Of a DNA stretch of 64,000 nt, positions 1-13,715 are shown piece after piece; position 1 is the first letter of the stretch; every line of letters starts with the position of its first letter. The DNA comes from Laetmonice hystrix (taxonomy: Eukaryota): assembly GCA_965235115.1 (NCBI GenBank), contig OZ249444.1, positions 10,974,001 to 11,038,000 of the forward strand, given 5' to 3'. The notes under the pieces were generated by a model. It ran no database searches. It worked only from the letters and a program-made list of their open reading frames with translations, and had not been told where the DNA came from. Both the position numbers and the translations under genes were made by a program.

Positions 1-385
1 CCCGAACAATAAAAATGCATATAAAAATATATTAATACATATTTTCCAATGAGCTATAAAAGTCATCCTAGATAAAATGAAAGGTAGCATAGTAGACAGT
101 ATGCATATATGTTGGCATGGGTGTTCTAATGCTTGAGAGTGTTTGCATGCCGTCGCCAATCATGTCCAGCAATGACAGGCGATATGACAGGTAGATCGTG
201 TAAATCTTCTCTCCACCAGGGAGACTCTGCACTCTTGTATGGTTCAGGCTGACGTTTAATAAAAGTCATTGCCAATCATTGTTCACAGCATGTATACAAA
301 TAGACAGCGATAAACAATTCGCGGAGTTGGATATGGCTTCCCGTTTAAGATTATATCTGTTGCCTCTACTGATGTTACAACAATA

Positions 386-636
386 CTGCCGTGAAATGAC
401 ATAAGGAAGCAAGTCCAAAAGTTCAAGTTTCGAGAAATGGATATTTAAACAAGTTGTCTCTACAGTGCAGTTGGATGGACATGCTTCCTTCTGTCATGTG
501 ACTGATAGCTTTATAGAAAGATGTTTAGCAGAAATACACCGATTGATAGATAGGGCTTACTTCCCTGAATCCAAATTTACACTTAAGTCGATTTTGATGA
601 AAGTTGGACTTGCTTCCTTTTGTCATTTCACGGCAG
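386..636 (-). mobile_element. MITE family A, copy 1 (non-autonomous TIR DNA transposon), inverted relative to copies 2 and 3
   Basis: About 31-bp TIR CTGCCGTGAAATGACA(T/A)AAGGAAGCAAGTCC at both ends; flanked by the direct repeat AATA (382-385, 637-640); interior is the reverse complement of 3692-3940 and 53885-54133. Confidence 0.93.
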
Positions 637-3600
637 AATACATAAGGGTCAGGACCATCTTCTCTAAACCTTTCCGTTCCGTCATCAACCAACCAGTTTC
701 TTTCACGCTTACTTTATTTGACTGACTCGTTCATATTAGGCTTATGTTATTGATAACATTATCGATTCAAGTATATATAGGCTTGGTGTGGTTAGGCTGT
801 CATTGTTGACAATTGTCTGTAAATTTAATACCTATAATTATTATCAAGAAACGTCTCTACGTCAAATAGGTAAAATAAGCCTGCTATAAAAATGGGGCTG
901 GTTGGATGGTGTCTGGAGCAAAATCAGGAAGGGGCCGAACAAATGACGATGACAGTTCCGTTCCCATGGTTTTCTGTTCGGATCACGTGGTAGTCCGATT
1001 ATCAAAGACGGGATAAATTGGCGATTTTTTAAAATAATCTGATTCACATTTTGACGTGCTGTGATTGTTTCTGCATTGTCCGTAAGAGGAACCGAGGATT
1101 ATAATGAGGAAAACAGGAACACGTTGTGGAAATGGCCAAGTTGCTATGGTGTACAGATGCCCCCCGTTCTCACAGACTCTCCCACACCGGCTAGTGTTGG
1201 GTATACGGAAGTTAATCAATCATGGTAGGACTCATCTTACAATGCCTGCTCATGAAAAGATATCCTCCTCCTCCTCTGACAACTCGACAAATTATCCCCG
1301 GTGAATCAAGGCAGTGATCGATTAATTACCGAACGGCTGTTCCTCCCATTACAATCACCGCCACTTCTCGCGAGAAGACGTGACGTGATAACGGGGACAT
1401 TCCTCGACCGATAGGTCACGTGTGAACTGCTCTCTTCATTAGCTTGAAGGGAGCAATCAGCGAGGCGCAGGCTACCAAACCAACTCAGGCCACTACTTCA
1501 AGGGCAATTTGATGATTACAGGTTGTTAGATAACGTGCGGTGCATGTCGTAGTGGGCATATCCGAAACCACAATGCTAGTAAGGACATGTGGTTTTCCTC
1601 AGCGCGCTAAATATGTCGGACCCTGTAAGCGTAACTCCCACAACGAAAAACACAACCGGTTGTCAACACAGGCACACAGTTGATTGACTCGTCTCCACAT
1701 ACAAAATCTGCATGAAGGGCCTCCTCTGATTTGACTAATGAAGCCATTTCAAACCAACCAACATAACTCTACGCCAGTATTCCGGTGATGGCTTCTCCAA
1801 TGGCTTCCAATACTACTATAGTTTTAACATGAGCATGAGATAACACGGATTAGCCTTTCTACCAATCAATATCATGCAATATCATGTTGTCTTAGAAAAT
1901 AACATACCATTACGATTACACACAGGGGCGTGAAAGTCGCGTGTGTGTGCACATGTAGACTGTGAGAAGCCGCCGCTATAACCGACTCTGTTAATGTGTG
2001 TTGTGTGTTACCTCATGTTATCGCACGTGCGATACGACTATCTGTACACAAACATGCCACATACACTCCCGCCCTCCACATGTCGAGCTGAGATGGGCCG
2101 AATACCTACAGGAGTGATGCATTAACTTCCTGACGACACAGCCCTAACACGTGGAGAGCCGTAAACCCACCCGTGGGGTCCGCCAACTAATGGACACGTG
2201 TATAAACAAGCCATATTTCGGTTGTCCTACCTCAGCAACACCTGCTGCACCAAATAACAAGACGGTCTACGTACTGAGACCTGCTGCGTATGGTCCCTAA
2301 CATTTTCAATACTCTTCATTAAAGCCATTAGTTTATCTTTCCCAAAGACAATGTTTTACTCGTAATCTTAAACTTGATTGTAATGGTTCAATTTGCACCC
2401 TAACACAGGAAGGCCTATCAGAGTTGGTTACTTGGATACCCAGCATGCCTGGTGAGAAATGGTCACTGGTGCCATGTTGTCTTGGAAACCGTCTGAAGAA
2501 ACAGCACCACCTATCGGCTGGTCTAACTGCTATCAATAAAACACAGTATTGCCATTTGGAGGTGAGAGCCGAACAGACGTCAAAGCGGCCTCATTGTCTG
2601 ATACCGAGCGGGCCATATACAACAAGTGTCGGCATGAAATTCCCAATCAGCCTCAGTCTGAAACATTCCCATACACCCGCCTTCGTTACGGCATCTACTG
2701 CGCATGATCCGCGACTGGTCCCAAAGGTAACGTCACGCCAGACGCAGGCTCTCTTACGACCACGTGGTCTATGAATCCAGCCAATCAAAGGCTTTTCATT
2801 CGGGCCACGTCCTGAGGCCAAGCTGATTGCACATAACATAACTGTTACGAAAGGGCGCCGCGGCTCCGGGGGACGATTTGCGCAAAGCCGGAATAATTCC
2901 CGCTATGGTTGCGCATTTGATTGATCGCCTGCTGTGAATCAAAACTGCTCACGTGACGACAGAACGTTCGGCAAGGGACCAATGGTCGGTGACGCCTTGA
3001 GGCGTCAATCTTGGCGCCTAGGAAAGAGCCCATATTACAGCGTCTGAGACTGTCAGGAGGGGCTTTTAACGAGGCAGGCAGAGTGTGTAATTGGCAGCAG
3101 TTTGGCCGCACCTCCTGTACATAGCCAATGCTCACGTAATCAAAAGATTGTCATTATCCACTAACCAGCTGCTAACACAGTTGTTAAGAAGCGCTTCTCA
3201 ACTGTACTGGGCCCCTTTCAGCATAAACTACTCCTATTAGACGGAACTAAAAGGAAGCGAAGGGATTTGCCACCTTAAGGCTTCTCTAAGTAGGCATACG
3301 CCAATATACGTAATGCATGCCATACACATATAATATGTACACAAGAGGTTTTTATGGATATAAATTGCGGCAATTTTGTGGCAGGGCGGCTCATCGCTAT
3401 ACATACATTAGGACATGTTCTTGGACTGAAGGAGGGCATCGGCCTCCAAGCCAGCCAAGTGTAGTTCAGCCAAGTTCCTATTGCGCTTGAGACGCACATG
3501 CGGATAATAATAATGTATAGCAGCGTTCCATCTCATTCTCCTCTAACGGGAGTTATTCCCGTATATGCGCCCGTCTGCATATGACGCGATGGGAGACGCT

Positions 3601-3691
3601 AGGTTTTAATCAGGAGACAGCGGCGTCTTGAACAACAAGAACCAGTGTCGGTAACATAGAACCCGTGAGGAGGCGAACCATCTCCCCTATA

Positions 3692-3940
3692 CTGCCGTGC
3701 AATGACAAAAGGAAGCAAGTCCAACTTTCATCAAAATCGACTTAAGTGTAAATTTGGATTCAGGGAAGTAAGTCCTATCTATCAATGGGTGTATTTCTGC
3801 TAAACATCCTTCTATGAAACTATCAGTCACATGACAGAATGAAGCATGTCCATCCAACTGCACTGTAGAGACAACTTGTTTATGTCCATTTCTCGAAACT
3901 TGAACTTTTGGACTTGCTTCCGTTTGTCATTTCACAGCAG
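3692..3940 (+). mobile_element. MITE family A, copy 2
   Basis: 249 bp with the same TIRs, flanked by TATA on both sides (3688-3691, 3941-3944); nearly identical to copy 3. Confidence 0.93.
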
Positions 3941-4916
3941 TATAGGTTCAGAACTTGGCAAACGAAGGTATACGGTATTCCAAAATGGCAACTTCCTGGG
4001 TGGTATTCAATTTTAGATGTAAATTTTCAACACAATTGAACGAAAGCAGCACAGTGATATTGCTATAATTTACCATATTCCAGCAAGACCGTTATGATAC
4101 TCACTGCGGTAACGGCTATGCTCCGCATGCTGCAGTCGACGTCTCTCCTGCACTTAGAGTCGGTATTAGTGCCTCAAATTATGCGAGTTCTGGGGGCCAA
4201 AGTCGCGATCTGTGTTCTCTAATGCTGTAGTAGTGTACGCACCACCTCCTGATGTTCATGTATCATGTGTTTTCATGATTATTATATATCCTGGGTGATA
4301 TAGGTCACACGGATCCTGGTGTAGGCGATATGGTTCAGGGTTCAACAGTTATCAGTCCTTGAAGACGACCAATGAGTAATTCAACACCTGATTACACTTC
4401 ATCCTTCACACTTCAACTATAGACACCAGCAGGTAATTATAAAGATAAGCCACGGCGATAAACCATGTGGATTTCCTATACGTGTTGTATTCTCGAGAAT
4501 GGCAGGCTTTGGGAAGTTCCATGTAAACAGGCATGTGACGTCACCTTCCATGATAATAGCTGTACTCTGATTGGCACCCTGATAACTGCTGTCAATCAAA
4601 GGGACTGGCTACACTAGACGTTGTTTGAACAATAAGTGATAAATCACGACCAAACTGATGTATCCGCCAACATATGCCATAATCACTGTTCGTACTAGTC
4701 TTTTCTTTTTATTTAGGAAGTAAATTACATGGAAGCGCGACCTAAGGTGGATGAATGTTATTATGTCTCCAGCAGTGATCGGTGACAAGTGAATGAACTC
4801 TGTCGGCTTTGATGAAATCATACGACATTGTCATACTCTCTGTCGTGAGTCTGGTGATGTCAGAGAGGCAGGGCATGGACGTCACCAGTCGCCAGTCGAC
4901 AACACCTGTCGGAGAT

Positions 4917-4965
4917 CCCCACCCCCACCCGCACCCCCACCCCCACCCCCACCCGCACCCCCGCC
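4917..4965. repeat. (CCCCAC/CCCGCA)n hexamer tract, G-quadruplex-competent on the minus strand
   Basis: Eight or more C3-5 runs with 1-3 nt linkers; explains the polyPro and HP-repeat ORFs. Confidence 0.8.
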
Positions 4966-5198
4966 ACACCCAACACCAATCACAACCGAGCCGCTGCGGG
5001 TCCACCACCACAGTACGACATGCCGGATTGTCTGTTCTGATGTCACTTTGGCGGGGCCTGGAAGAGCTAGTCGGTACGCCTACCTACAGCGAAAAATTAT
5101 ACTCGCTGTGCATGTGTCCTTTAAAATCCTTTAGGTTTCAACCACGTGAACATGCAGCGGAAACATAATCGAGAATTAACCGATTAGTTTCAGAGAGT

Positions 5199-5270
5199 AG
5201 ACGGGAACAGACTAGAGCGATCGATATCTCATCCATCGGCTGGCCATCGCCCCGACAAAACCCAAGCGAT
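5199..5270. mobile_element. Truncated left end of family B MITE
   Basis: GGGAACAGACTAGAGCGATCGATATCTCATCCATCGGCTGGCCATCGCCCCGACAAAACCCAAGCGAT aligns to 8188-8278; no right TIR found nearby. Confidence 0.75.
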
Positions 5271-8183
5271 AGGTCAGGCGACAGGTGGCCCACACTGAGG
5301 CGATGGACCCCAATACTTTACAGTGAACATTGGGGGTCCAGTCCTGGGGGAAAAAAGACACTGATTGGAAATTAGAAACAGAAGAACTCCCAGAAGAAAC
5401 TATGCCAATTGCCAGGTAGGAAACATACTGTCGACCCCCGGAGGACAGTATCCCAGCCATCATGACCGCCTTAATTAACTGTCTCATGTCACCAGACTGT
5501 CATTACGATTCACCCCCACACGACGCGAGCTGTGAGCCCCGGCTGCTCACACGTAACCCGACGAGACGCAACGTCAGGGGTTGGCCGACGCTGTGACGTC
5601 GTATCGACCAGGTAAACAGCTGTCTAGGGTGACAATAAGATACGTCAGAGTCAGCGCAGACACATTGACAATAATCAGGGCGGCCACGACCTCGCATAAC
5701 GTCCCCCAGCCAGGTCTCTGCTGTTCACCGTGTCGCACGGTTCCTGGAAGTGCCACGGAGGCAGCCACGGTGGCCCCTGACATTTCGTTACGCCTACGGA
5801 CTTGTGGCGTGGCCCAGCCTGACATCCAGGTAGTCTACCGTATATAGCAGCTGGCCTGGCGAGCAGCCTCACGCTCGGCCTACGGAAGGTTAGCACGTCA
5901 AGGAGATGACGACATGATAAAGATGAAGATCAGAAGGACAACGAGATAACCCAAAGTCAAGGAGACACAGAGGAGAGGAGTGGCGAGACTCGGCGATCCG
6001 CACTAGTATACTGGCTTTCTGTGCCCTATCTAGAAGTGGTATGGCCGAAATGTTTGGGTAGGCCGATTAGCATTCGGAAAATAATGGGTTACTATCACCG
6101 CCCCCTTTTTAAAATGTAGGGGTTAACCGTCCCCCATTCCAACCATGCTGCACCTGAAACCACGTCAAAGAGGACGTGTGGCAATGAGAAACCGCACGAG
6201 GAGAGGGGACGAGTAAGACGGGTCAAGAGAAGAGATGACTGCTGACGTGAGGAAGGCAATGAGGGTAGAAACAGGATCGGGAAGGAGGGCAGTCGGACGA
6301 AAAACGACTTGTCGTTGAAGATTGTCTATATACGAAAATGGAGTCTGTAGAAAGGAGTCGTGATCTCGGTAGTGAAGCCAGTTTATTATGAAACATGGTC
6401 AGCGCCACTTGGCTTCGAAATGTTCGTGCAATTACGAGGAGATAAATCTGCAGTGCACACGCCTAAGGCAAGCTGAATCTTCTATATGGAAAAGCATGAT
6501 TAATTTTGAATGCCATACTGCCAAACTTTATTCTCAAATTAAACAATAACACACAAGATTCTAAGCATGTTTACTAAGACTAGGTGTACTTTGTCACTTT
6601 AAAACCAATATGTTCACTAACAATTGATGGCTACTAGCTCTCCATGTACGCCAGACTTGAGTTACGTCAAGGTGTCGGCACGTGTAGGCCATTAAAGAAC
6701 AGCCCACCTCCTACATTCTGATGCACACCACATTGCAGACCCCCTTTTTATTTATACGTAGTCCCGATCAAGGATAGCGATTTATTTTTGCTGCTGTTCG
6801 CAGTTTAAACGGCAATGCGATCCATCTATGTTTTTTACACCTGGGTGTAGGGGCGCGGGGTGTTGCTCGCGGGTACTGGCCAGGTTTTTTTACTATCGGC
6901 GTCCGAGATGTTAAACTATATCCACTCAAATCCTAGCTCTCGGCAACCTGACAAGATACAGCAGTGGCTCGGAGTATTGTAGGATGATCCTACAAGATAC
7001 CAGGTAAGTCAGCTGGGCCCGACTCCTTGCGGCAGACTTATCTTCAGGTCGGATTGGTTTGATCGACAGAGCTTGAAACTTGATAAACCATAACAGAGCC
7101 GACATTATTAGCGCCGACGCCAGAGACGCGTCTTTAATAGTACCTCGGCTCAGTAGAAGCGTCGGCTGTAATCACTAGGTATACACATGGTGAGGACCCG
7201 CCCACGATAAGCTGTCTCATATGTAGCCTATAGATCCCCGCCGCACGCCTCATTTGGCGGATATCTATCGCCTTGATGAGGATGCCGCACTGATTTCACT
7301 GCGCGGTAAATAAGGTGTATATCAAAACCTATTTGCATTTCAAGCAATATCGAGTTTCTCGCTGTCATTGTGCAGTCGGCTTGGCAGTGATAAAGGAGTA
7401 TGAAGTCTCAGATCGAGTGTTAAACGTCTCGGCATCGCAACAAAAACAGTAAGACCCCTACAAATGCGCATCACAGTCTTTCTTTCAGAGCATTTAACTT
7501 TACCACCACTATATTGGTAATGCTTTGAAACTAATATAAAATCAACACCAAAAAATGGCAGTAAATTACTGCTATTCCAGGTTCGGGCGTCCGTGGCTCT
7601 GGGTTCAATTTGGCTAATGTTTGAGCCAAGATAGAACAGAGTTTAAGGTTCCGAATGCCAATTGAACGTATAAAAATTGCTGAGATATCACATTTCATCT
7701 GAAGACTTTCCCGCAACACAAACGACATTCCAAAATAACCTTGCATGCAGGCGGTATGAGCGTGTGGCAGCCAAGGGATCGCCTCCAAAAAAGGTCGTCG
7801 AGCAGAGCCGCTGGTACCGACATCGACGTCGGTACCGACAAATTAAATCTCCTCCTCTCCAGGTTAGCTCGTGTCGACTTAAAGGTTACCTGGGCATTGG
7901 TACCGAACGGCAGCGTCGTGATTTTGTGGTCCCTATCACATAATGATGGCAACTCTAGCGGCCGCGGGGTCAACTGTGGACTCGAACCTCTCCTCGCCAC
8001 AACTCCACGGCCGTGCTCGTCTTCAGGCTGAGTGAGAGTAGGCCTACTTTTACAACACGACGTTATCCATTCATTCAGACATTAAAGAAACCAACAGCAC
8101 TACCTAACCTCTCTTTCTATCTATCAAAATCAATGGCCGTATCTAAACCAATACTGCATCAACGGCTCGGAATACCAAAGTAA

Positions 8184-8350
8184 AGGGGGGAACAGACTAG
8201 GGCGACCGATATCTCACCCATCGCTTGGCCATCGCTTGGCCATCGCCTGGCCATCGCCTCGACAAAACCCAAGCGATGACACAGGCTAGAGCCAAGCGAT
8301 GCAAAAATGGCCAAGCGATCGTCATTAATCGCCCTAGTCTGTTCCCGGCT
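8184..8350. mobile_element. PIF/Harbinger-like MITE (family B) with TAA TSD
   Basis: Perfect 18-bp inverted repeat GGGAACAGACTAGGGCGA (8188-8205) / TCGCCCTAGTCTGTTCCC (8329-8346); AG..CT termini; TAA at 8181-8183 and 8351-8353; internal CATCGC(T/C)TGGC repeats. A 3-bp TWA TSD is typical of PIF/Harbinger. Confidence 0.8.
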
Positions 8351-10399
8351 TAAGGTATAACTTTGGCTCAGTGAGGGTCAGAGAACTCACATGGATCACC
8401 TAGCATTAAATAGTCAGCAGGTTGGTGGACATGAAGCCCGGGAGTTGTGTAATTCAGATACACACCCTCGGGCCAGGCCAAGCAGGTGAGAAGTATATCC
8501 ATCATCGTTAGGTATGCCGTTCGAGGCTGGCCTGCTGGCAGACGCCAATTTTAGCGTCGCCTCCTCCGCCCCGCCCTCACCTCACCAATGGACCAATCGG
8601 TCAGCGTCGCTATGTCTGTCAATCAGCAACTGTGCGTGTTGATCTCTGTGGGCCACACTGACCACCGGTCAAACCGACACTCCAAACTCATGGATCACAC
8701 AACGCGGAAATAATCTAGCCAATATACAGGTCAGGACATGCATGCATGTGTCATCATTAATATTTAAAGGAGGAAAAATCTCAGGAACATTTCTGACTCT
8801 TCGATCCCTACTTTAGCCAAGGACCAACGTCCCGTTTACTTCGGATGACTCCTTTAAGAAGCAAACTTTCCGTACCCGCGCTAGCGGCGTCCCAAGACCC
8901 GGTCCGACAGCCAGAACGCGACCTTCTGTACTTGAACGCCGAAGAACGCTAGATTTATGTAAGTAGCCGGAACTCGGAATATCACGTGAGGTGTCGTCTA
9001 ATCTGATTGGTTAACGAGACGGCGGGACGCCGATGTATCAGTGCGCCGTGTCCGGTGACAGGTACCGGGGTGGCGGAGGACCACAAGATAATTACGACAT
9101 GGTCCTATTTGCCTAGCTCGTTGTCGTGTCGTCTCAGCCGGACCACGGATCTGGGCATCTCACAGAGATCCATTTGTCACGGCACACGGGGTGGCCTAGC
9201 TCTATTTATGTTCTGGTGGACAAAAATGTTTATTCACCAGCCGCCATGATAACGGTTCAGAAAACATTATGTTAACTCTTATCAGCTGAACACACTAACC
9301 TGGCCGCTGTGAAATACGGTGTTAAAACCGATTCAGAATAAATGGAACAAACTAGAGAGAAATCGATACCATGAGGAGGGAGTCTAGGCGGCAAACCGAT
9401 TAAATACTTGACGCCCATAGTTTTAACTCACCTATTGTCGAGCAGGCGGGGGACTAGTTAAGATAAGGGGGACGAATGAAAGAGACATGGATTACAGATG
9501 CCATTAATACCTAAATTATACATAACCAAGAAAAATATGACAGCAGGAGAAGAAATCAATCCATAGGGCTGGATTGGGCTGATCCTATCATCAAATTTAC
9601 GGTGTAATTATCGAAATATCATACCACCCACCTCCACTCCGAGACAAAAAAAAGCCCTAAAATGTCCACTGCGTCACCAGTGCAGTTTCCAAAGTTGGGC
9701 AGAGGGACCCAAAGAGACCCTATGCCTCATGGGGGTGAGGGAAACCCAGGCCATTTGTCCTGGCATTTTCGGCAGGCGAACAAAACATACACTTTGAAGC
9801 GGTAATTGCCCCCAAATCGACGATGCTCTCTTCTTCGGCCTTTGAATTCGAGTCGGTTCCGTGTGATCATAGCTGTACACGAAGGCAGTGAGAGAAGCCG
9901 TTTATATTTTGATCCTGAGGCTCAGCAAACGGCCTTTGAATATTTGATCACAGTGTGGCGTAATATAGGTTTAAAGGCCGTAATTGGACCACTGGTAGTT
10001 TTATTGTTGAGTGCCTCCGGTCTCGTTCGCTTATCGGCATCAACTTTCTGGGGGCTCCCCAGAGCAAACAAAAGCTGTGTCAAGGGACCACCAGCAGTGT
10101 CGACATTTCTAGCCGTACCTCTTGATCACGTTTAGGTTAACGCTGCCAACCAACTGCGAGCAGGGGCGCCGCATTCCCTCGGGAGTCGCCAGAATATACT
10201 TTGCTGGGTGTAATGTGCTTTTGGGAAAGCACTTAATGTTAAATAATACATCATGTGTAATTATGGTTTGCACCGAGGTTGCCGAGCTACAAAGCGTACC
10301 CTTCGGGATTGTTAGCTTGGATTCGATAGGTGTGAAAGAAATACGTAACGATATAAGGCCTCTTGCCATTGGTTGATCGCGTGGAAACGTCACCGCGTG

Positions 10400-10413
10400 C
10401 TGCCATCTAGCGG
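10400..10413 (-). promoter_or_regulatory. CTCF-like motif
   Basis: Minus strand CCGCTAGATGGCAG matches the CTCF core consensus. Confidence 0.5.
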
Positions 10414-13400
10414 CTGTAATGTTCTTCGTAACACTAAATTATGCATTGTTAGCGAAAAGCCTTAGATCATAGAAAGTGTCATTCATTAATTCACCACAGT
10501 TGTACCGTCGTATATACAGCATACATATGACTCCGACTGGACTCTCGAGAATGCAGAGCGGTGCCACAAAGTAGTCGCGACGCTTGTAACATCCATCTTC
10601 AGGCGTCTGGCTCTTGCTTGTACATGTGTACTTTGTGTATCGTGACGACGTGTTTAAGTTAGCGAAAGCTAAACCTTTCGTCAGCGTTCATTGTATCTTA
10701 TCCTCAGGCGTCTACCACTGCAAAACGAACAACCTGGCATTTTTACCCGTTTCCGTAAAGCATTCAATGATATGTGCACAAGTGGGGGGAAGATGGCACT
10801 GCTGGGGCGCGGTTTCCTTCCAACGTTAATGATGCGTGGTCGTAAGCATCATAGAACACTTGGCCTGAACGAAATACTGCCCACGCCTGGCGCACGTGTT
10901 ACGGTGCCCGGGGACGAGGTGATGATATATGTAAGCAGGCAGCGAGACAGACTGACCCAGCGGGCGGCTTCAGGCATTAATGTCCTTTTTCTCTGCTCAG
11001 ATCAGACAGGGGAGCATGGGCAATGAAATGACAAATCGACCAGGGTGGAGCATCGCTACAAATCAGGTTACTTCATAATCTGCCTTGGCCAGCTGACCTG
11101 TCCGAGTCCCGTGTCGATTATTTGAACCGCCGAGTACTATCGATCTTTCATCAGGGATGGCCGCAGCTATATATTTCAGGGTATCGTCAAGACTGCTCTA
11201 CAAAGTGGTGTTGGCTATGTTCTCATTTGGTGTCGGAAGTGAAGCGTCGATGACTACCATCGTTGGCGCCAGGCGCTTTAATAACTGTTTACTGAGGGAG
11301 GATAGAGTGCATGGTTAGACCATTCACGGACGCCGCGCCATAATATGAGGTTTCATGCCAGACTCTACCATTGCATGCATTGATAGGCTGCCACTAAGGA
11401 ACCTTTGCATATACTACTATGCCATCCCAATCGCTTTAAAGACCCAGGCAAAAATACTGCAGCTCATATTAAATGGGAATAGCATAAAAAGAAATAGCAT
11501 AAAAGCGCATTCAATGAACCGGTGAGGTTCCTGCTATGTTATGACAACAGAATTTATACATAAAACTCCTGCACTTATGAATGGGGCTGGAGAATCAAGC
11601 AACTTATGGGGATGGTTATTACCACATCACGATGTGCACAACAGGATTTAACTCTTGAGTTCTACCCGTGTAAACGTGTATAACGGAGCGTGTGGAGCAG
11701 AAGCGGGTCCCCTTTGTCAAGAGTCCTGGAGAATTAAATCAAAATGGCGGCGACCGTAGGGCTGGCAGGGATGTTAAGAGCATTTCCGGTCCCGTGTGAC
11801 CCGCCAATAATTGCGCGCGGTGTCCAAGCCGCCCTGATTCTATTGCGGCCTGCTAGGGACGTCAACTGGCCGTACTCCCACCGGTAAATAACCGTTTGGG
11901 TTCCACCACTTCACAGAAAACTTTCTTACCAATCGATCCCCCCAACCGAACACCCCATGGAGCTTGTTATTGCCCGCCAGTCGGAGTACACTAAGTGTAT
12001 TTTCCTCTGAGAAGACCCTGGGAAAGTTGAGGATGTGGGCCATATGACAGGCAGGAAGAAAGTTACAAAAAGGAGTCTGACTAGAGACACTGTTGTTTGG
12101 GATGAGTCTCCGAGAGACCAATAACGATGTAAAGTAAGGGCTGGGTTGTCCGTGGCTGCCGGTAATGGGGTCTCAGTGGTGTCCTGATCAGACACGTACT
12201 GAACATGAAATTAGATTTGGAGAGTCTTTGTCGGCATCGGAAGATAATGATAATGGTCTGTCATAGGCCGGTTGACCCAGAAACTCTTGATGGAATGGCA
12301 GGTAAAATGGTCTTTAACATTTCACCTGAATACCCTGGAGCATTGACTAAAGACTAGCTGCCGTACCAGTCGCTATGACAAGGTCGTGTGGTTGGATCTT
12401 CTCATGCCAATCTTCATGAGGCAGAAATATTTTCACACCCAGAAAACTGTACATTGACCAAATTCTTACTTATTTGGTGTTAAAGTAATAACTAGTCCCG
12501 GAATGTTTAAAAAAAAAAAATATTGCATGCCTTCCAATCGATTTTGCTCCCATCTTGATTTTACCCTGCAGGTTCTTGCGTAAAAAATAAACTTTTTAGG
12601 GGCTGTGGTAATGAACCAGCAATGTCGTATTTTCCTCGGGCAATGACATGATTTTTGAACCAATCACGCGATCAGTACTGACAGGGTTTCACTCTTTCTT
12701 TCTCTCTTTTTTCGGCCTTGTCAGATGAAGTTGGCAACATGAAAGGAAGAAACTGATGACTGAATGACAGCGGGATAGTCATAACATATATTTAGCCCAT
12801 ATATATGACGTATATCTGCCACAATACAGAGCACACGTCCGACAACCCCTGGGTGAAAAAGGGTGTCCCCTTCAAGGCGGCCCCTTCACACACAGTGTAC
12901 CACTGGCCTGCTCACATTAGAAGGTCACAGGTAAAACTCATTCGGTTGAGGTTTCGGCCAGGTTGGATTATAGATCGCTCTCTAAAGTTCTGTTTTCGCC
13001 GTTCTTGATGTCAGCGCCCCTCTGGCAGAGAATCGCTAGGCGGGTCACGTGACACAAGAGAATAACAGTCAATGTCTCGGTCATGTGACACGTTGACTTG
13101 ACTGCAGGCAGAGACATGCCAATGGTATGGAAGGAGCTCACAAAAGCTCACCTCAGACCGACAAACTGATCGTCTTACACGTGCAGGCAGTCTTTACATT
13201 CAGTCCCTGCCAATACAGACTCGAGAGTGGCGTCTATGTCCTTTTTGTCTTTCCTTTGAATGATCCCGATAATGCAAGCTGTATTTTGTTCGCAGGATTC
13301 GGGAGGAAACTGGTAGTTAACAATACCAACAAGAAGCAAGAAAGATTTTTCACAACCTTAAAAATCACACCCCAAACTCGCCCCACCGCTCTTCTAGACG

Positions 13401-13500
13401 GTTCTGCGATCAGAACTAGACGAACGTCCCTTCACGAATCGCGCCCAAACAATGAATTTGAAACAATGAGTGTCCTTAAAAGGCCACAAATTGGCTTCGT

Positions 13501-13715
13501 CTACCGCAAGTCATGGCCGTCTATACAAGGAACTCGGAGGTCGGACGGAGGAGGCGGCGGCCGCCGATCACAAAAGGCCTCCAGAGATGTGTTTGATTGC
13601 TGATATTGTCCTGTGGAACTGTTGTCTTTCATATGGAGGCGAGTCTTCAGGCCATCCTCTGACAGCGAGTGGCCGGGTGTATGGCTCTGGGGGCGTGGGA
13701 AGGCGTGGGAATTAA
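13501..13715 (-). other. Candidate terminal coding exon (NSHAFPRPQSHT...RRPPPPPSDLRVPCIDGHDLR*)
   Basis: Pyrimidine-rich acceptor TCCCTCTCAG followed by about 70 open codons to TAG; no homology recognised. Confidence 0.2.

Noticed and set aside
7969-7995. Perfect B-box GGTTCGAGTCC on the minus strand
   Set aside because: No A-box or tRNA stems around it.
10390-10400. 11-nt match to miR-124, and a miR-137-like stretch near 4475-4500
   Set aside because: Seeds do not match and there is no precursor hairpin.
10708-10830. Peptide GVYHCKTNN...MICAQVGGRWHCWGAVSF resembling Ig and trypsin motifs
   Set aside because: Fragments of two unrelated folds in 40 residues; the catalytic GDSGG is absent and there are no partner exons. 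Likely chance.
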